From the NCBI RefSeq assembly GCF_009914755.1, contig NC_060928.1: a DNA stretch of 64,000 nucleotides; one strand, written 5' to 3'. The DNA is from the human T2T-CHM13v2.0 reference genome, Homo sapiens. The notes beneath the pieces are model-generated. The model did not search any database, was not told the DNA's origin, and saw only the letters and a list, made by a program, of their open reading frames with translations. Position numbers and translations under genes: made by a program. Of the stretch, positions 57,483-64,000 are shown one piece after another. Within the stretch, counting starts at the first letter, position 1, and each line of letters begins with the position of its first letter.

Positions 57483-57839
57483 TGCTATAGACTGAATGTT
57501 TGTTTTCTTAAAAAGTCGTATTTTGAAGTCCTAACCCCAATGTGATGGTATTAGGTGGTAGAAATTTTGGAGGTGATTAATTTATGATAGTGGAGCCCAC
57601 ATGAATGGAACTGATGGCCTTAGAAATGAGGGTCAGTGCTTCCTCACCTCTTTTGTCATGGGAGTGTACAATGAAAAGTCAGCAGTTTGAAACCTCAAAG
57701 GAATCCCTCAACAGAACCCAATTATGCAGACACCCTGATCTTGGACTTCTGGCCTCCAGAACTGTGAGAAATAAATTTCTGTTGTTTATAACCACCCAGT
57801 TTATGGTATTTTGTGATGGTAGCCCAAGTAGACTAAGTA
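57483..57839 (+). mobile_element. MaLR LTR (MLT1A0-like), preceded by (TA)n at 57460-57482
   Basis: tgctatagactgaatgtttgt...tgatcttggacttctggcctccagaactgtgagaaataaatttctgttgtttata...gactaag. Confidence 0.88.
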
Positions 57840-58524
57840 TATTATCTCAATGGATTTTATACAGCAGCAAAGTGAATAAACTACAACCACACAAAGCAAC
57901 ATAGATAATTTTCAAAACAATAATGATGATGACAGTTAAAGATAGGCCCATAAGACTCTATTAGTGTGATGTCATTTCTATAAATCTTGAATATAAACAT
58001 ATATCAAGAACACTTTGTTTAGGAACATATGTGTATAAAAATATTTCATAACACTCAAGGTAATGATGAAGACATAATTTAGGCTGGCATGACCTCTGAT
58101 GAGGGAAAGGCAAGAGGTAGATGGTAAAGACACATACCTAGGTGGACACGAGTTGATGGCAGGGTTCCAGTCCTTGTATGTGATGATGATGTCACATGTT
58201 TATTACAGTATTGAGCTTTAGACTTGCATAAATATTATGTGTTAATTTTTATTTATCAATTATAATAATAGGATAAATATATATAAATATCTGAAAAAAT
58301 AAGTATGAAAAAGTGTTAACATTAAAACATTTGTTTAACAAGAATGCGGATATTTCTTAAATTTGTCTTTTATTCCAAGTCATTCTCATTTTCTTTCTAT
58401 AACAGGTTCTTCAAAAATGCCTCTGGAAAACACCCACTGCCCAGTTCCAAAGCCAACCTTATATTTTTATGTATTTGTTAAGAAAGTACCCTGCTTCTGG
58501 ATCCCAAATCTACATCATTACCTA

Positions 58525-58900
58525 TAGTGTGTGACAAAATTCCCCAAAACTTAGCAGGTTATACCACTAACATTTAATTTCTCAGTTTCTATGGGTCAGA
58601 AATCTGTGTGAATTTTTTTGTGGATAGAAAGAAAAAATTGCCTTAAATAGATTATTGGTAGAAATCTGGAATTTGAAGATGCTGCTGGTGAATGCTCAAA
58701 AGGAAATAAGGAAATTATTATTGGAACTTGGAGAAAGGGTGACCCTTTATCTATAGAAAACATAAATAGTACCGACAATATCACCTGCAGACATGTGGAA
58801 ATTAGAAAATGTGCATCGAAAACTGATTGAGTTAGCTAAGTAAATTTTCAGACAAAGTGTTAAATGTCCCACCTGGTTATATCTTGCCAGTATATTAAAT
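58525..58900. mobile_element. MaLR LTR fragment (-) joined to a MaLR internal fragment (+)
   Basis: ccccaaaacttagc...cagtttctatgggtcagaaatctg, then attattggaacttggagaaagggtgaccctt. Confidence 0.55.
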
Positions 58901-59367
58901 ACATAGTGTGATTATATGAAAGAGCTTACAAGTAAAAGTAACGAAGTATTTCTTCAATTGGAATAAGGAAAGGGAAATAGATGCTCTGAGACAATTAACA
59001 AATGTTAAGCAAGAAAATAATGTTTTCAGTATTAAACAATCTGAAATGTGGCATGATTTAAAATTGATCAAGTGTAAAAAATGGTGGTTTCTGCAACAGG
59101 GAAGCCAGATCTTTATTGATTTAATAATTTAGCAAAGATTATATAGTTTCATTAGTAATTTCTTTATGTATAATGCTTTTAAGTTTATAACACTAACTTG
59201 TTACAGTAATTTTACTATTATCCGGATTTGTTTTCTTATGATTTCTACAAGATATTAAGTTTACAAGTTAATTTTTTCCTACTAATTTCTCTTAGAACAT
59301 CATGAGAAAACTCAGCTTATGTTTTATAACATAAACTTAGGAAAAAAAAATCATAGGCTCTACATTA

Positions 59368-60566
<1,199 letters not shown>

Positions 60567-62689
60567 AAATAATATAATTAAATAAGCTTCCGAATATATT
60601 CTATTTTAATTATTAGCATACTATTTTATTCATTATGCTCACATTTGTTTCATACTCATTTACCAAGACTTCATCAATCTTATGCATCCCATTCTTTATT
60701 TCTGCCCTTGTAAGTATACTTTAACACCCTAAAATACACAAATATTCATATAAGACAATAATTAACAGGTGGCTCAGCATATATTTAAAATCTCATCATC
60801 CTACAGGTTGACAATAGTTTTCTTCTTGGCCCACTCAGTTATGTCCTTTAGAAAAGCCTACTTGCTTCTGTGCTTCTTGTGCGTGGTGCCTCCAAAATGC
60901 CCTTGATTATTACATAATCAGAAAATGATTGCTTGTGTTCATTACAATGAGATCATTCCTTCATCTTGTGCATATCACTACCATGAATTCCTCTTTAAAA
61001 GCAGAAATCTACGTACACTCAGTTTTATTAACCTGTCCAATCAATGTCACTTTCTGCCTACAACTTCATTTCAGAAACATCTACATATAGCTGTCTATAA
61101 TCCACATTTCCATCCATCCATCTATTGAACCAGCTGCTTTTTAAATGCCAAACATGTCAAGCTCTTTCAAATTTTCTACTATTTTCCCTCCTCTTTGAAA
61201 TTATCCGGTATGTCAAAATACTAAAATTTATTCTCTTTAATTCTTTTTCCTTTTTTAAAAAACGTTTTATATTTTAAATACTTGACTTGAGGTGTGTGTG
61301 TATGTGCATGTGTGTGTGTAGACAGAGATACATGTCTGTAATAAATATTGAGGTTCCTGTAATAAATATTAACGTTTTGAGGACTTTATGCCATCTAGAT
61401 ATTGCACAAGCTTGTCATTATGTAGGTTTGGGTTAATAGCATGGGCTTTTAGGAAAGTGGTATTAGAAAAGTTAATTAGCCTCAATATTTGTCTCAGTTT
61501 CTTTCAGAAAAAAAAATTTTTTAAAATGCAAACCTTTAATTTATGTTATTATTCTAATGACAACATAAAGCATTTGATCTTTTTTAAAACTTTATATGTA
61601 TCAAAATTATTGTTTTTTAAATACATGGGGCATATAAAAAACATAGACTTACAACATGAACATTTTTATTTCATTGGATTATATGACTGTGACTATACTT
61701 AAGATTTGTTTTAATGCTGAATATGAATTAACTCTGATTTTTCAATTATTCTTATAAATCACAGTGCATAGTTCATAATAGGAACTGTAGAAATTACAGC
61801 TATTGCTATTACAAGTGATATAAATGTGAAGCTAATGAGAGGAAGCTTAGTAGAATGGGGTATGAGCATAAACAGAAAGAGACAGTATGAAACCAAAATT
61901 CTGTTTAACAGTCCTTCAGCATTAATTCTATTGGAAAGTAAGAATGGAAAATAAATTGTCATTTTAAATGTTATCTATTTAATATAGTTTTATTCAGGTA
62001 CTGTTTTTTCAAAACTCCTTTGTTTTTCCTGCAATTAAAATAATCAGACCTCTGAACTTTCTTTGAATTAAGTAAGAATAAATAGCATGTTCAATGTAAT
62101 ACATATAGCTAAAGGATGGTTTAGATGTTGGCATATTATCAAACATTCCAGAGCTCAGTTTGGCCCTGGTCCCAGGAATCCTGCTGCTTGCAATAGAAGA
62201 GGCAGCCAGCTACTCTAGAATGATATTCATCACCTAGCAACTAATTAAAGCAACAGTGTGCTAGGGAATGAACCAAGCTGTCTAACCAAGATTAGAGACA
62301 AAGAGAGAAAGAGCCTTAAGTTATTATTCTTTCAGTGCTATCAAAAATACGGTCTCTTACCAAGAATATGCAACCTGGGTGAAAAATTCAGAGAAATTAA
62401 TCAGGACATTTACATTTATATTCCTAAGTCCATTCAGTAAGAAACCTCTATTGTGTAGATTTTCAAAAATTACATTTATTTAGTTTTTTATTTATCTAGT
62501 AGCCTATTTACTTATGTATATATTTAAATAACTTCAAATTTGAATGCAAGCTTTATAAAAACTATGCAAGACGTATATAGCAAAGCAAGTTTCTGTATCT
62601 GACACTTTTTGTGTTCTACCTCTTCTTTGCTTGGCATCAGCCACTTATTTGAAAAGTGGCTGACAGCTCTGTGCAGGATTCAACATAGC

Positions 62690-63000
62690 TTATGTTACAA
62701 GTGTCTGGCCTTAAGCTAACACTAGGTCTCTTTCACCATAGATATGCCAGCTTGAACTTCAATAGCCCAGGATGCCTGGTAATAATGCCCCAATTGCCAA
62801 TGCTCAACTAATGTAGGATGAAGGCGGGAGCTAAAGAATAAATGCCCTCCCCAGTCAATCCATTGTTGAGCAATTCTGAGAGTCATTCTCCAGGCTCCTT
62901 TACAGGCCTAGAGAGGAACTCAGTGCCAGCTGCCTGCAGTTATGGCCTCAATATTGTACCCTTCTAGCAGTTTTCCCTCCTTCAGTTGCTTTTGCAAAGG
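62690..63000 (+). mobile_element. LTR16-like ERVL LTR
   Basis: ctcaactaatg...gaataaatgccctcccc...caattctgagagtcattc...ccagctgcctgcagt. Confidence 0.55.
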
Positions 63001-63045
63001 CAGGGGGTAGGTAGTGCTAATAATTCAAGTTAAGGCTCTTGGCAC

Positions 63046-64000
63046 TGGTACTAGTCCTGGAAACAGATCCTCAGGATGCGCCTCTGGAAATAAAACACAT
63101 ACTGAGCAGACAAAAACAAGGACCTGACCCCATTTCTGGTGGTAAGTGAAGTGGTGATAACACCTGGCATATGGTAGTGTCACAATTACTAAAACTCACG
63201 CAGTTGAGAACATGGAATGAGTTTTAGGTGAAAGATAGAGCTGATAAAGCTGTGGGCTATGAGATAACTAAGGTAGTGGTATGTTATTTAAACATGGGAA
63301 ATTAGCTGATTTTTGTTAACTACTTTTGAAGTCTTGGAAAAATAAAACGGCAGGCTCGGGTCAGTTAACTATTAATTCAAAGTATTCAGAAGTCTTTTAG
63401 GGTAACTTTGAAACTACCCTAATCTCTTGCAGCTATAGTGCAATTTGTGCTGCAAATCAGTCCCAGAATTTAAATGTACATGTGGCAGAGTGGCAAGAAA
63501 GATTTATTGTGCAGCATCAATAGATCCCCTATGCAAAACTCCAAGTCTTAATGAGAATGGAGAGGAAACTTGTGTTCTGGAATGAGGAAAGCACTCTAGA
63601 TGATTTTAAAAATCTTGAAACCACAGTTTCCTTTGAGCACTATTGACACAGAGAAGACCTCTTACACTTGTCAGATGATTACAACCTCACTCATGCAGAG
63701 ACCTGGCAAAAATGATACTTGAGGCAGATGCTTTCCAACATGCTGCTGTTCTCCTCTGAATCATCTGCTTCGTCTACTCGTTGTTTTTATACCATCAGCA
63801 AGAGATGGATAATTCCACCTGTGTTTCAGAGGAAAACAGTAATTACTCCAAAATCATTGCAAGACTTCACCATTATTATACACGATAACATAATTATAAA
63901 TTTTGTAAATTATACTTTATACGTATAGGCAAAGACTAAAGGAAGACATATGGGTTGAATCATGAGGTTTATGAACCAAGGTAGGGGTTTAGAATATAAA
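63046..64000 (+). mobile_element. Old ERVL-class internal region (HERV16/ERV3-16A3-like gag remnant), runs off the window
   Basis: tggtactagtcctggaaacagatcctcaggatg leader; acctggcatatggtagtgtcacaattactaaaactc (WHMVVSQLLKL) gag-like. Confidence 0.55.

Noticed and set aside
58380-58500. Polypyrimidine-CAG splice acceptor candidates (also near 5777 and 49007)
   Set aside because: Such motifs are frequent in T-rich DNA; no matching donor, frame or transcript evidence is available from sequence alone

Overview
AT-rich primate (human-like) genomic DNA, mostly transposable-element relics. I see no supportable host exon, RNA gene, CpG island or CRISPR array. Main contents: (1) a 7.16-kb two-LTR ERV1 provirus of the HERVH48/HERV-Fb type (MER48-like LTRs, degenerate tRNA-Phe PBS, 5-bp TSD GCAAA) inserted into an older MER57-like LTR; (2) a nested LINE-1 stack at 27-38 kb, where a twin-primed L1MA is split by an L1MA2/3-type element lacking ORF1; (3) an LTR22-like solo LTR, a Tigger1 fragment, a BC200 retrocopy, and a near full-length L1PA4/5 with intact ORF1; (4) many Alu, MIR, L2 and MaLR fragments. 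The structure least explained by repeat annotation is two long diverged inverted duplications (14757-15540 and 59368-60566), a complex templated insertion in an L1 5'UTR (29679-29849), an in-frame integrase/Env-TM junction in the provirus, and several short perfect hairpins. Subfamily names are from memory of consensus sequences and identities are by-eye estimates; no search was run. I cannot support a new biological system here, only candidate structures.
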